Shown here: in pieces, positions 24,500 to 34,212 of the stretch
How the letters are laid out: each line of letters starts with the position of its first letter
How positions within the stretch are numbered: position 1 is the first letter of the stretch
Assembly (NCBI GenBank): GCA_035649395.1
Contig: DASRJR010000174.1
Location: forward strand, 9,353-73,352
Reading direction: 5' to 3'
DNA length: 64,000 nucleotides
DNA from: Vicinamibacterales bacterium
GTDB taxonomy: Bacteria; Acidobacteriota; Vicinamibacteria; Vicinamibacterales; UBA2999
The notes under the pieces: model-generated
What the model saw: only the letters and a program-made list of their open reading frames with translations
The model's database searches: none
What the model was told of the DNA's origin: nothing
Translations under genes and position numbers: made by a program

Positions 24500-26464
24500 T
24501 CAGTGCTCGTCCTGATACTGCTCTTTCAGCTTCGCGATTACGGCGGGATCCGCAAGTGTCGTCGTGTCGCCAAGCGCTTTCCCTTCAGCGATATCACGCA
24601 ACAGGCGACGCATGATCTTCCCTGATCGAGTCTTCGGGAGATCGGCCGCGAAGATGACGTCATCAGGCCGCGCAATGGCGCCGATTTTCTTGACGACGTG
24701 ATCCTTCAGTTCGGCCATAAGCACCTCGGTGCCGTGCGTCCCCTCTTTCAGCGTGACGAACGCCGCCACCGCCTGACCCTTGATCTCGTGTGGTCGGCCG
24801 ACGACGGCCGCTTCGGCGACGCGCGGATGATCGACCAGCGCACTCTCGACTTCCATCGTGCCGATACGGTGCCCCGCGACATTCAGCACATCGTCAACGC
24901 GGCCGAGCAGCCAGAAGAACCCGTCCTCATCGCGTTTCGCGCCGTCGCCGGTGAAGTACACATCCGGCGTCCAGCGGCTCCAGTACTGAGTCACATAGCG
25001 CTGCGGATCACCGTAGATGCCGCGCAGCATCGACGGCCATGGACGCGTCAGCGCGAGGAGCCCGCCGCCAGCGCCGGTGATCGAATCGCCCTTCTCGGTT
25101 TTGATCTCCGCCTTGATGCCAGGAAACGGTCGCGTCGCCGAGCCCGGCTTCGTCGTCGTGAGTCCTGGCAGCGGCGTGATCATGATCGCGCCAGTCTCCG
25201 TCTGCCACCAGGTGTCGACGACCGGGCAGCGCTCACCGCCAACGTAGCGGTGGTACCACACCCACGCTTCAGGGTTGATCGGCTCACCCACTGACCCGAG
25301 CAGCCGCAAGCTCGTCAGCTCACGACGCATCGGCCACTCGGTGCCCCACCGCATGAACGCGCGGATCGCGGTCGGCGCCGTGTAGAAGATCGTGACGCCA
25401 TATCGTTCGACGATCTGCCACAAGCGATCGCGCCCGGGCCAATCCGGCGCGCCCTCGTACATGACCACCGTGGCGCCGTTGGCCAACGGACCGTAGACCA
25501 CGTAGCTGTGACCGGTGACCCAGCCGATGTCTGCCGTGCACCAATACACATCGTCTTCTTTCAGATCGAACACCCACTTCGTGGTGGCGTAGGTGCCGAC
25601 GAGATAGCCGCCCGTCGTGTGGACGATGCCCTTGGGTTTCCCTGTGGTACCCGAGGTGTAGAGGATGTACAGCATGTCCTCGGCGTTCATCTTCTCGGGC
25701 TCGCAGTTGTGACTGGCGTCCTGCATCAGCCGGTGGTACCAGTGATCGCGTCCTTCCTTCACGTGCACTTCGACGGGCGCGCCGTGCAGCCGCTGCACGA
25801 TGACGACGTGCTGGATGGAAGGCGTGTCGGTCAACGCATCGTCGACCATCTTTTTCAGCGGCACGACCTGACCGCGGCGCCAGCCGCCGTCAGCGGTAAC
25901 GAGCACGGTGGCCTGGGCGTCGTTGATGCGATCGCGCAGCGATTCGGAGCTGAAGCCGCCGAAGACGACGGAATGGACCGCACCGATACGGGCGCACGCG
26001 AGCATGGCGATCGCCAGCTCCGGCACGAGCGGCAGATAGAGCGCCACACGATCACCACGCTTGACCCCGAGCGACTTGAGCACGTTGGCGAACTGGCTGA
26101 CCTGACGGAACAGATCGAAATACGTCAGCGTGCGTCGATCGCCGGGTTCACCCTCCCAGATGATCGCGGCCTTGTTCCGTCGTGGACCGCGCGCATGGCG
26201 GTCGACGCAGTTCACACACGCGTTGAGCGTACCGTCGGCGAACCACGTCGCGTGCGGCGGATCCCACGTGAGCACGCGCGTCCATTTCGAGAACCACTCG
26301 AGCTCGTCGGCGAAGCCGGCCCAGAACCCTTCGGGATCGCGGTCGGCCCGCTCGTAGATGCGCTCGTCTCGCACGTTGGCTTGTGCCGTGAATGCCTCGG
26401 CTGGTGGAAACGTGCGGTCTTCCTTGAGCAGATCGGCAATCTCGATCGGCGGCTGCTGACTCAT
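24500..26464 (-). CDS. acs: acetyl-CoA synthetase (acetate--CoA ligase)
   Basis: 654 aa with [14 protein letters not shown]-binding motif, WWQTETG, and the typical Acs C-terminus [14 protein letters not shown]. Confidence 0.95.
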   Translation of the reverse strand: MSQQPPIEIADLLKEDRTFPPAEAFTAQANVRDERIYERADRDPEGFWAGFADELEWFSKWTRVLTWDPPHATWFADGTLNACVNCVDRHARGPRRNKAAIIWEGEPGDRRTLTYFDLFRQVSQFANVLKSLGVKRGDRVALYLPLVPELAIAMLACARIGAVHSVVFGGFSSESLRDRINDAQATVLVTADGGWRRGQVVPLKKMVDDALTDTPSIQHVVIVQRLHGAPVEVHVKEGRDHWYHRLMQDASHNCEPEKMNAEDMLYILYTSGTTGKPKGIVHTTGGYLVGTYATTKWVFDLKEDDVYWCTADIGWVTGHSYVVYGPLANGATVVMYEGAPDWPGRDRLWQIVERYGVTIFYTAPTAIRAFMRWGTEWPMRRELTSLRLLGSVGEPINPEAWVWYHRYVGGERCPVVDTWWQTETGAIMITPLPGLTTTKPGSATRPFPGIKAEIKTEKGDSITGAGGGLLALTRPWPSMLRGIYGDPQRYVTQYWSRWTPDVYFTGDGAKRDEDGFFWLLGRVDDVLNVAGHRIGTMEVESALVDHPRVAEAAVVGRPHEIKGQAVAAFVTLKEGTHGTEVLMAELKDHVVKKIGAIARPDDVIFAADLPKTRSGKIMRRLLRDIAEGKALGDTTTLADPAVIAKLKEQYQDEH

Positions 26465-26495
26465 AGGCGGAACAGAATACTAGAAGAGCACCCGT

Positions 26496-26984
26496 CTATT
26501 GAGGCGGCAGCGGCGGCAGGCCACCAAGCGCCGGCGGCACATCGTTGCGGAAGAAGGCGGCGCCGAGCAGACCGCCGATCGTCGAGACGAGGCTCCCGAC
26601 GAACAACCGCAACACGAACGACAGGACGTATTCGACCCAGGAGCTCGCGCCGCCCAGACCTTCGAACACGGTGCGGACCTCCGGTGGCATGTCCGGCGCG
26701 CTGCGGAGGACCATCTCCGCCATGCCTTCCTGGAGAGGCCTGAACAACGCGCTCAGCGCCAGAGCCGCGATCAGCCACACGAACGCGCCGCAGACTCCGG
26801 CCAAGAGTCCGGCGAGCGCGCCGCGACCAGCGGTGATCGTGCGAGGGTCATTCTGCTGATCGAGGTAGGCCGCGACGATGCCGCCGGCGACGATCCAGAC
26901 ACAGCAGCAGTTGGCGTATTTGACGATCGGGAGCGCCGACAGCACGCCGATGAACAGGCCGCCGAGCAGCGCAGCTTGCAGCAC
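26496..26984 (-). CDS. small integral membrane protein
   Basis: 162-aa ORF with about 4 hydrophobic helices and a Pro-rich C-terminus. No family recognised. Confidence 0.55.
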   Translation of the reverse strand: MLQAALLGGLFIGVLSALPIVKYANCCCVWIVAGGIVAAYLDQQNDPRTITAGRGALAGLLAGVCGAFVWLIAALALSALFRPLQEGMAEMVLRSAPDMPPEVRTVFEGLGGASSWVEYVLSFVLRLFVGSLVSTIGGLLGAAFFRNDVPPALGGLPPLPPQ

Positions 26985-27027
26985 GGTGAGCGGCGGTTCA
27001 GCGGGATGTCACGTGGGCCGTCCGTGG

Positions 27028-28341
27028 CTAATCGTAGTACTCGCGACCAAGGTGCGTGATCAGCTCCTCGCCTTGCATGTATCGCAGCGTGTTCTTCAGC
27101 TTCATCAGCTGAATGAACAGATCGTGCTCGGGATACACCTCGGGAGCGTGCATCGGGCTCTTGAAGTAGAACGACAGCCACTCCTGGATCCCCGACATGC
27201 CGGCACGCTTCGCCAGATCCAGGAACAGCACCGAGTCGAGCACGATCGGCGCCGCCAGAATGCTGTCGCGGCACAGGAAGTTGATTTTGAGCTGCATCGG
27301 ATAACCGAGCCATCCGATCAGATCGATGTTGTCCCAGCCTTCCTTGTTGTCGCCGCGCGGCGGGTAGTAGTTGATGCGAACGACGTGACAGAGATCGGCG
27401 TACAGATCCGGGTAGAGATGCGGCTGGAAGATGTACTCGAGCGCCGATTTCTTGCTCTCTTCTTTCGTCTTGAACGACTCGGGATCGTCGAGCACTTCAC
27501 CGTCGCGATTGCCGAGGATGTTCGTCGAGTACCAGCCCTTGACGCCGAGCAGTCGCGCCTTGAGTCCGGGCGCGATGATCGTCTTGATCAGCGTCTGCCC
27601 CGTCTTCATGTCGTTGCCCGCGAGCGGCGACTTCATTCGCGCTGCCAACTCCAACATCGCGGGCACGTCGGCAGTCAGGTTCGGCGCCGCGTTCGCAAAC
27701 GGCAGTCCTTCGCGGAGCGCCGCGTACGCATAGACCATGCTCGACGGAATCGCATCGTCGCTCTGCTCGAGCGCTTTTTCGAAGGAGGCGACGGTCGCGT
27801 GCGCGGCGGTCTCCTTCATATAGACTTCCGTGCTCCCGCACCAGATCATCACCATGCGGTCACAGCCGTGCTTCGTCTTGAATCCGCGGATGTCGGCGAT
27901 CAGCTGCTCCGCCAGGTCGCGTTTGTTCTTGCCCTTCTTGACGTTCGGGCCGTCCAGGCGTTTGACGTAGCGCCGATCGAACACCGCCGGCATCGGCTTG
28001 ACGGCTTCGAGCTCGCCGCGAACCTGATCGAGTTGTGATCCCTCCAGCACACCGGCCGTCCGTGCGGCCGCATAGCAGTCCTCTTCGAAGATGTCCCAGC
28101 CGCCGAAGACGATGTCGTCGAGACCCGCCAGCGAAACGAAATCCTTGATCTTCGGCGCGCGCCCTTCCGTCCGCTTGCCGAGCCGGATCGTGCCCATCTG
28201 CGTCAACGAGCCGATGGGAGGCGCAAGGCCTTTCCGAATGGCCATCACGCCCGCGATGGTGGTAGTGCTGACGGCGCCAAGGCCGACCAGCAGCACGCCG
28301 AGTTTGCCGCGCGCTGGAGCGATCTCAACTGGTGGAGTCAC
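27028..28341 (-). CDS. inositol-3-phosphate synthase (myo-inositol-1-phosphate synthase)
   Basis: GVLLVGLGAVSTTTIAG Rossmann N-terminus, WCGSTE, NDMKTGQTLIKT, and overall length 437 aa typical of bacterial/archaeal MIPS. Confidence 0.9.
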   Translation of the reverse strand: MTPPVEIAPARGKLGVLLVGLGAVSTTTIAGVMAIRKGLAPPIGSLTQMGTIRLGKRTEGRAPKIKDFVSLAGLDDIVFGGWDIFEEDCYAAARTAGVLEGSQLDQVRGELEAVKPMPAVFDRRYVKRLDGPNVKKGKNKRDLAEQLIADIRGFKTKHGCDRMVMIWCGSTEVYMKETAAHATVASFEKALEQSDDAIPSSMVYAYAALREGLPFANAAPNLTADVPAMLELAARMKSPLAGNDMKTGQTLIKTIIAPGLKARLLGVKGWYSTNILGNRDGEVLDDPESFKTKEESKKSALEYIFQPHLYPDLYADLCHVVRINYYPPRGDNKEGWDNIDLIGWLGYPMQLKINFLCRDSILAAPIVLDSVLFLDLAKRAGMSGIQEWLSFYFKSPMHAPEVYPEHDLFIQLMKLKNTLRYMQGEELITHLGREYYD

Positions 28342-28357
28342 AATCGGGCACTATATC

Positions 28358-28930
28358 ATGGCGAAAATGCGCATGTTTCTGCGTGAATCGAGCGTCGGAC
28401 GCGAGCCCCTGGCGGTGGCGATGAGCAGCGTTCGGCTCGGCGAGCGCGTCGTGCAGATCGGTGTGAACGACGCTCGCGTGGTGCGCGCAATCGGTGAGAA
28501 GGTCGGGCTCACGGGTCTCTCGACGATCGTCGTACCGAACGAGAGTGCCGCCGCGCGCGTGCGCAGCGCGCTCGGCGAGGGACTCACCGTCGCTGACATT
28601 CGTATCGTACCGCTCGATCACCTTCCGTTCGACCAGGCGGTCTACGACGCGGTGATCGTCCACAATGCGGAAGGCCTGATGACCGCGCTCGAACCAGCAG
28701 TACGAGACCGGACAGTCCAAGAGTGGCTGCGTGTGCTTCGCCCTGGCGGCCGCGTGATCGTGCTCGACCCGGGGTCACCCACCGGCCTTCGCGCGTTACT
28801 TGGAGCCCGCGGTTCGCACGGGAGCCACGATACCCTCCATAGGCTCCAGGCAAGCGGATTCACCGCCGTGCGCGTGCTCGGCGACCGGCAGGGATACCGG
28901 TTCATCGAAGGTCTCAAGAGCAGTCGTTGA
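28358..28930 (+). CDS. class I methyltransferase-like protein (degenerate SAM motif)
   Basis: LGERVVQIGVNDA (motif I-like but lacking GxGxG) and WLRVLRPGGRVIVLD (post-II motif). Start set at ATG 28358; the upstream part of the track ORF is the antisense shadow of the MIPS gene. Confidence 0.5.
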   Translation: MAKMRMFLRESSVGREPLAVAMSSVRLGERVVQIGVNDARVVRAIGEKVGLTGLSTIVVPNESAAARVRSALGEGLTVADIRIVPLDHLPFDQAVYDAVIVHNAEGLMTALEPAVRDRTVQEWLRVLRPGGRVIVLDPGSPTGLRALLGARGSHGSHDTLHRLQASGFTAVRVLGDRQGYRFIEGLKSSR

Positions 28931-29040
28931 CCACTGGGGGGGACGGCGAGTGTCGTCTCTTCTCGATTCACCGCACGGAATTCGAGTGAATCGCCCGATC
29001 GGGTCGAGGCAAGGCTTTTGCCTTTCACCCTCCGCGGCCG

Positions 29041-30129
29041 ATGGCCACATTCTCCGAGGCATTCACGGCGGACGAGATCGCACATGCTTCAGGTGTGCCG
29101 CGCGAAGCGGTAGAGGCCCTGATCGCGTCTGGAGAGCTTCGGCCCAAGCCGGGTACGCCGTTCTTCCAGGGTGATGACGCTCTGCGCGCGGCGAGGCGGT
29201 CGCGCGAGATTGCCCGTCAGTTTGCGGACGCGCGGTCCGGTACTGAGGCGGAATTATTCGAGCTGAGCACTACCACGCACCTCCCCGCGAGCCCGGGCCG
29301 CACGCTTCCGACGCTTGCCGCTTCGGGCCTGATTGCGTTGGTCGTTGCCATCGCGTGGCTCGCGACGCGAGTGACTGAAGCGGCGCCCGCCTCATCCATC
29401 CCGCCGTCGCGGCTGGTGTTCCTGGCCTTGCCGGGTGAGGGCGGCGGTGGTGGTGGCGGTGGGCTGAAGAACCCGTTGCCGCCGCCACGCCTCGAGAGCG
29501 TGGCGCCGCGTGCCGGACAATCAGTGCCTCGCGTCACGCCCGAGCCGGTGCTCCTCGCATCGCGACGGGCCGAAGTGGATCGGCCGGTTCGCGCCAGTCT
29601 GCCGAAACCCGAGCCTCAGCCGCGAGCCGAAGAGCCATTGCCCTCGCGCATGCTCATCGCACCCGTGGCCGCCTCAGGCCGCGAGCGCCCGCGCGAAGGC
29701 GAAATCGGCGCCGCGCCACGTGCGACGGACAGCCTCGGACCCGGTCAAGGCTCCGGCGCCGGCGCCGGGCAGGGTCTCGGCAACGGTCCGGGAACCGGGG
29801 CCGGTATCGGACCCGGCGCCGGAGGGGGCACAGGAGGAGGCCCGTTTCGTCCGGGGAGCGGGATCGACCCGCCTCGACTGCTCAAGGAAGTCAAAGCGAC
29901 GTACACCGAGGAGGCCCGGCGTCAGGGGATCACCGGGAACGTCGTCCTCGAGATCGTCGTAACGCGCGAGGGAACCGTCGATTCCGTTTCGGTGCTCCGC
30001 GGTCTGGGAGGCGGCCTCGATCAGCGCGCCGTCGCCGCGGTTCGAGAGTGGCGTTTCGCACCCGCGCGCCGGCGCGGCGAACCGGTCGATGTCGTGGTTG
30101 AAGTCGCCGTCGAATTCGCGCTCAGGTAA
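29041..30129 (+). CDS. TonB-family energy transducer with extended cytoplasmic N-terminus
   Basis: One TM (LAASGLIALVVAIAWLA), a Pro/Gly-rich spacer, and the TonB C-terminal domain (PRLLKEVKATYTEEARRQGITGNVVLEIVVTREGTVDSVSVLRGLGGGLDQRAVAAVREWRFAPA). Confidence 0.8.
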   Translation: MATFSEAFTADEIAHASGVPREAVEALIASGELRPKPGTPFFQGDDALRAARRSREIARQFADARSGTEAELFELSTTTHLPASPGRTLPTLAASGLIALVVAIAWLATRVTEAAPASSIPPSRLVFLALPGEGGGGGGGGLKNPLPPPRLESVAPRAGQSVPRVTPEPVLLASRRAEVDRPVRASLPKPEPQPRAEEPLPSRMLIAPVAASGRERPREGEIGAAPRATDSLGPGQGSGAGAGQGLGNGPGTGAGIGPGAGGGTGGGPFRPGSGIDPPRLLKEVKATYTEEARRQGITGNVVLEIVVTREGTVDSVSVLRGLGGGLDQRAVAAVREWRFAPARRRGEPVDVVVEVAVEFALR

Positions 30130-30806
30130 TGCCCATGGTGTTCACTCTCATCGTGTCGCTGACCGTCGCCGTTATCAGCACTGGAATCGCGTGGCGACTT
30201 CTTCGTCTCGAGCGGCTGCGGTCGGCAGCACGAGTCGCGGCGTTGTCGGCCGCCATCGACGGCGACCTGCCGAGCGCCGCCGACGAATTCGCCTGGGAGG
30301 AACCACCACTCGAGAAGGGCCCGGCGCTCTTCAGCCATCTGCGACCGGAAACCCGATCGTACGGCCCGCTTCTGACTGCGGCCGTGACCGTCGCGGCCGG
30401 CGTTCTCGTGGTCGTGCTCATGGCGATGCTCGCCGACGACGATCGCCCGACGCCGGCTACCGATGCGCAGGCCCAGGCAACGGAGGCACTCGAGCTCTTG
30501 TCGATGACGCACACGAGAGACGGAGCGGCGCTCGTGATCTCCGGCTCGGTGCGAAACGCGACGCAGAAGACCACTGCGCCGCTCACGACTGTGGTGACCG
30601 CACTCGACGCGGAGGGCCATCTCGTCGGCACGAGCAGCGCCGCGCTCCCGGCGGTCGGACCTGGCGACACGCGTCCGTTCACGGTGCGACTCGAGGGGAT
30701 GAGCGCGGTCGGCCGGTATCGCGTCAGCTTCCGGACCAACAACGGCGTCATGCCACACGTGGATCGACGCGCGACCCGTGGCAGCACGCGTGCCGCAGCT
30801 GAATGA
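30129..30806 (+). CDS. membrane-anchored hypothetical protein
   Basis: N-terminal TM (MVFTLIVSLTVAVISTGIAW), a second TM, and a beta-rich C-terminal domain. The start overlaps the TonB stop (TAATG) and its stop overlaps the next start (ATGA). Confidence 0.55.
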   Translation: MPMVFTLIVSLTVAVISTGIAWRLLRLERLRSAARVAALSAAIDGDLPSAADEFAWEEPPLEKGPALFSHLRPETRSYGPLLTAAVTVAAGVLVVVLMAMLADDDRPTPATDAQAQATEALELLSMTHTRDGAALVISGSVRNATQKTTAPLTTVVTALDAEGHLVGTSSAALPAVGPGDTRPFTVRLEGMSAVGRYRVSFRTNNGVMPHVDRRATRGSTRAAAE

Positions 30807-31855
30807 CTCGAGGAGGAGAACGACCGATGCGGGTGTTCACAACGACGCTCATCCTCGCCACGGTCGCGGCGGCCGCGGTCTCCCTCGGGGCAGAAGGCCA
30901 GGAGGGATTTCGATTCAAGAGCGGCGTCGACCTCGTGAACGTCACCGCCACGGTCACGAACGAGAACGGTCGGTTCGTCTCGGGACTGCAGCGCGAAGAT
31001 TTCAGCGTCTACGAAGACGGCCGCCGTCAAGAGGTCTCCCACTTCAGCAGCGACCGCGTGCCCGTCAGTCTTGGCATCATCCTCGATGCGAGCGGCAGCA
31101 TGACGTCCGACAAGATGTCGGCGGCGCGCGCCGCGATCGACCGCTTGATTTACGACCTGCTCGACAAAGACGACGAGTTGTTCTTTGTCGAGTTTGCGAC
31201 GCGCGCGTCGATCACGCAGGGATGGACGAAGGATCGCGCGTTGATTAGCAAGGCGGTGAAGAACGTCGACGCCATCGGCGCAACGGCCATCTACGATGCA
31301 GTGGCGACCGCAATTCCAGTGGCGCAGTCCGGCACGAATCGCAAGAAGGCACTGCTCGTCATCTCGGACGGCAACGACACCAACAGCAGCACGGGGCCCG
31401 GCGAGCTTCGCCAACGTATTCGCGAGAGCGACGTGCTGGTCTACGCCCTCGGCATCGATGGCACTCCCAGCAGACGGTTCTCACCGGTGAGCCCGCCGGT
31501 GCAGATCCCCTCGCCGATTCCGTTTCCATTCCCGGGCGGGCGCCGGCCCCAGCCACGGTTCCCTCCGATTGGGGGCGGCAGCGGCGGTGGCACGTGGACG
31601 AGCGCGCCAGGCGATCGCGTCAACGCCGACGCCCTGCGGCTGATCACGGACGACACCGGCGGCCGTACCGAGATCGTTCGCGGCTCGGATGGCCTCGGCC
31701 CGGCGACCGCACGCATCGCCGACGAATTGAGCAAGCAGTACTACCTGGGATACATCAGCACCACAGAACGCGACGGCAAGTGGCACGCCATCCGGGTGGA
31801 AGTGCGCGATCGCCGGCTCACCGTGCGCGCCCGCCGCGGCTATACGGCGTCGTAG
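30803..31855 (+). CDS. VWA domain protein of the VWFA-related acidobacterial domain type
   Basis: FRFKSGVDLVNVTATVTNENGRFVSGLQREDFSVYEDGRRQEVSHF, then a MIDAS-like DASGSM, and C-terminal YYLGYISTTERDGKWHAIRVEV. Confidence 0.85.
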   Translation: MTRGGERPMRVFTTTLILATVAAAAVSLGAEGQEGFRFKSGVDLVNVTATVTNENGRFVSGLQREDFSVYEDGRRQEVSHFSSDRVPVSLGIILDASGSMTSDKMSAARAAIDRLIYDLLDKDDELFFVEFATRASITQGWTKDRALISKAVKNVDAIGATAIYDAVATAIPVAQSGTNRKKALLVISDGNDTNSSTGPGELRQRIRESDVLVYALGIDGTPSRRFSPVSPPVQIPSPIPFPFPGGRRPQPRFPPIGGGSGGGTWTSAPGDRVNADALRLITDDTGGRTEIVRGSDGLGPATARIADELSKQYYLGYISTTERDGKWHAIRVEVRDRRLTVRARRGYTAS

Positions 31856-31903
31856 CTCAATCAGGGCCGGCCCCTGATCCCCGCTCGTATATCATCGACT
31901 CTC

Positions 31904-32635
31904 GTGCCCACGTTCCTGATCGTGCTCGGGCTCAGCCTGCTCGGCGGCCTGGGCGGTCTGCTGGTCGCGTCCGGCGTCCTGCTGATCAACGACTCCACTC
32001 GTGCCCGTCTCGTTCCGTGGCTCGTGAGCTACGCGGTCGGCGCACTGCTGGGCGTGTCGATGCTGGCGATTCTTCCGACCGTCCTCGACGATCTGCCGGC
32101 GTCGCGGGTGTTCGGTACGTTGTTGATCGGCATTCTCGCGTTCTTCCTGCTCGAGAAGCTGGTGCTCTGGCGGCACTGCCATACCCACGACTGCGAAGTG
32201 CACGACGGCAGCGTGGTGCCCGTGCTCGTCGGCGACGCCTTTCACAACTTTGTCGATGGCGCGGTCATCGCCGCGGCGGTCATGACATCGGTCCCTCTTG
32301 GCATCAGCACCGCGGTGGCGGTCGCTGCCCACGAGATCCCGCAGGAGGTCGGCGACTTCGCGATCCTGCTGCACGCGGGCTACTCCCGCCGACGCGCGCT
32401 CTGGCTGAACGTGCTGTCGGCCGGTGCCAGCGCACTTGGCGCGATGGCGGCGTACTTCGCCTTCGAGATGACGCCACGAATGCTGCCCTACTGCCTTGCG
32501 CTCGCCGCCGCCAGCTTTCTCTACGTCGCCATGGCCGACTTGATCCCCGGACTGCATCGAGGGCGAACCGACGCCGGCTCGATGCGACAGATTCTCCTGA
32601 TCGCCGCCGGCATCGGCACGATGCTCGTCCTCTAA
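31904..32635 (+). CDS. ZIP family divalent metal transporter
   Basis: HNFVDGAVIA and HEIPQEVGDFAILL motifs; about 8 hydrophobic segments. Confidence 0.9.
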   Translation: MPTFLIVLGLSLLGGLGGLLVASGVLLINDSTRARLVPWLVSYAVGALLGVSMLAILPTVLDDLPASRVFGTLLIGILAFFLLEKLVLWRHCHTHDCEVHDGSVVPVLVGDAFHNFVDGAVIAAAVMTSVPLGISTAVAVAAHEIPQEVGDFAILLHAGYSRRRALWLNVLSAGASALGAMAAYFAFEMTPRMLPYCLALAAASFLYVAMADLIPGLHRGRTDAGSMRQILLIAAGIGTMLVL

Positions 32636-32691
32636 AAAGGGCGCCCGTCGAGTGCCATCAGGCCTCGGCGCGATTTCGACCCCCTTCCCAC

Positions 32692-32707
32692 TGGCAGATT
32701 CTTTGCC
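32692..32707 (+). promoter_or_regulatory. candidate sigma54 (-24/-12) promoter upstream of the BON-domain gene
   Basis: TGGCAGATTCTTTGCC matches TGGCAC-N5-TTGC, with GG (32693-32694) and GC (32705-32706) at canonical spacing. It lies about 150 nt upstream of ATG 32856, in the intergenic region after the ZIP gene stop. Confidence 0.45.
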
Positions 32708-32855
32708 CCATGCATGATCGACGGCCCGCAGCCATCCGCGGGGACGCGAGAGACGTAGAAGCAACCAGAGGCAGTGCTCCCGCGTCGTAAAGAATGGGCG
32801 CAGGCCACCGATTCCAGGCTCAACAGACACAACTGTTTGCAGCCGAGGAGGTCAC

Positions 32856-33398
32856 ATGTTGGCGAGGATGATGACGGTCGCGTTCGCGGTCCTGGTGGTG
32901 GCGGCGCCTGCAAGCGCTGCGAACAAGGAGAACCTCCAGGTGTTCCGCGATGTGCAGCGGCAGGTGCTCCAATACCCCCACTTCACCATTTTCGACAGCG
33001 TCGATGCGCAGATCGATGGCGGCATCGTGACGCTGAGCGGCAAGGTGACGATGCCGTACAAGCGCGACGACATCGAACGCCGTGTGCGCAGAGTCGCGTC
33101 GGTGAAGGAGGTGCGCAATCGGATCGACGTGCTCCCGGTGTCGCAATTCGACGATGAACTGCGGGTGCGAATCGCGCGCGCGATTTACAGCAACGGCAAC
33201 TTCAGGCCTTATGCGTTCATGGTGAATCCGCCGATCCACATCATCGTGGAACACGGGCGCGTCACGCTCGAGGGCGTGGTGAACAGCGAGGTCGACCGGA
33301 TGCTGGCACGATCGATCGCGAGCAACTTCCTGGCCTTCGGCGTGAAGAACGAGCTGAAGACCGAGGCCGAGGTGAAGAAGGAGTTGGAGCAGCTCTGA
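32856..33398 (+). CDS. BON domain-containing periplasmic protein (OsmY-like)
   Basis: Signal peptide. Two BON-like units (FDSVDAQIDGGIVTLSGKVTMPYKRDDIERRVRRVASVKEVRNRIDV and IHIIVEHGRVTLEGVVNSEVDRMLARSIA). Strong GAGGAGG RBS. Confidence 0.85.
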   Translation: MLARMMTVAFAVLVVAAPASAANKENLQVFRDVQRQVLQYPHFTIFDSVDAQIDGGIVTLSGKVTMPYKRDDIERRVRRVASVKEVRNRIDVLPVSQFDDELRVRIARAIYSNGNFRPYAFMVNPPIHIIVEHGRVTLEGVVNSEVDRMLARSIASNFLAFGVKNELKTEAEVKKELEQL

Positions 33399-33413
33399 AG
33401 GCGGAGTTGGAGA

Positions 33414-33437
33414 GGCTGACCGCGAGCGCGGTCAGCC
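33414..33437. terminator. 10-bp-stem hairpin between convergent genes
   Basis: GGCTGACCGC-GAGC-GCGGTCAGCC, 16 nt after the BON stop. It overlaps the stop codon of the minus-strand gene. Confidence 0.7.
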
Positions 33438-34184
33438 TTCTGCGTTGACCGGTTCGGGCTTGCCGCGTCGCCACACCCACCAGAGCACCGCGCCGAACGT
33501 CGCCGCCGCGGCCACAATCGTGATTCCAAACAGCAACAGGGTCGTGTAGAGAATCGTCTCCGGTTCCAGACTGACCTGCACATCAACTGGTACGCCGCGC
33601 AAGCGATCGCTGAGCGGCTGTTCCCATTCGAGAATGTTGCCGCGCTCGGTTCGTTTCGACGGCGCGTTGTGATACGGGATCTCGCTTGGCAGGTGCATCT
33701 TGAACATCACCGCCTCGCCGCCGGTCCAGCCGACGTCGCCGACCGGTTTGTCAACGGCGTTGCCGACGACCTGGCGATAGACGAACACGTCGCCCTGCCG
33801 CGCAAAGCCGTAGGTCGACCACGAAAACGGTGCGAGGCGAGCGAGCTGCCTGATGTCAGCGACGTCGAGACCGACGTGGACGAACCGCCGACGATTCCGA
33901 CGTGACAGGCTGACGCGCGTCACGGTGGCGCCGGGCCCCTCGAACAGCGCGCGTACTCGACGTCGATCGACGCGCGCGCCGGGGTCCACGGGAAGGTCGG
34001 CGCCTCGCAGCGCCACCAGTGACGCGACCGACGCATTCACATTGACGGTCGCGGTGCCATCGAGGAAGAGGTAAATCTCTTCTTCGTACTCGTACTTCTT
34101 CTTCACTACACCGCCGCACGCCGCCGCGAACACGGCCACGACACAAAGCAGGAGCAGCACGCTGCGGCGCCTCGCGGCAGGCAT
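33432..34184 (-). CDS. hypothetical lipoprotein-like protein with C-terminal TM anchor
   Basis: MPAARRRSVLLLLCVVAVFAAACGG lipobox-like signal (start moved to ATG 34182-34184 to avoid overlap with polA). C-terminal TM LLLFGITIVAAAATFGAVLWWVW. Confidence 0.55.
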   Translation of the reverse strand: MPAARRRSVLLLLCVVAVFAAACGGVVKKKYEYEEEIYLFLDGTATVNVNASVASLVALRGADLPVDPGARVDRRRVRALFEGPGATVTRVSLSRRNRRRFVHVGLDVADIRQLARLAPFSWSTYGFARQGDVFVYRQVVGNAVDKPVGDVGWTGGEAVMFKMHLPSEIPYHNAPSKRTERGNILEWEQPLSDRLRGVPVDVQVSLEPETILYTTLLLFGITIVAAAATFGAVLWWVWRRGKPEPVNAEG

Positions 34185-34212
34185 AAGAGGCAATGATATC
34201 GTGATCGCGTCC

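Noticed and set aside
28342-28357. Only 16 nt between the divergent starts of the inositol-3-phosphate synthase and methyltransferase-like genes
   Set aside because: This is probably a start-codon assignment issue. Later Met codons exist in the methyltransferase-like ORF, and the MIPS gene uses GTG. It is not evidence of an unusual shared promoter.
29007-29023. AGGCAAGGCTTTTGCCT upstream of tonB, with GG-N10-GC spacing like a sigma54 promoter
   Set aside because: It lacks the T of TGG. It is itself a perfect hairpin (AGGCAA-GGCTT-TTGCCT). It would leave only about 9 nt of 5' UTR before ATG 29041. It is more likely a terminator or attenuator hairpin after the methyltransferase-like gene.
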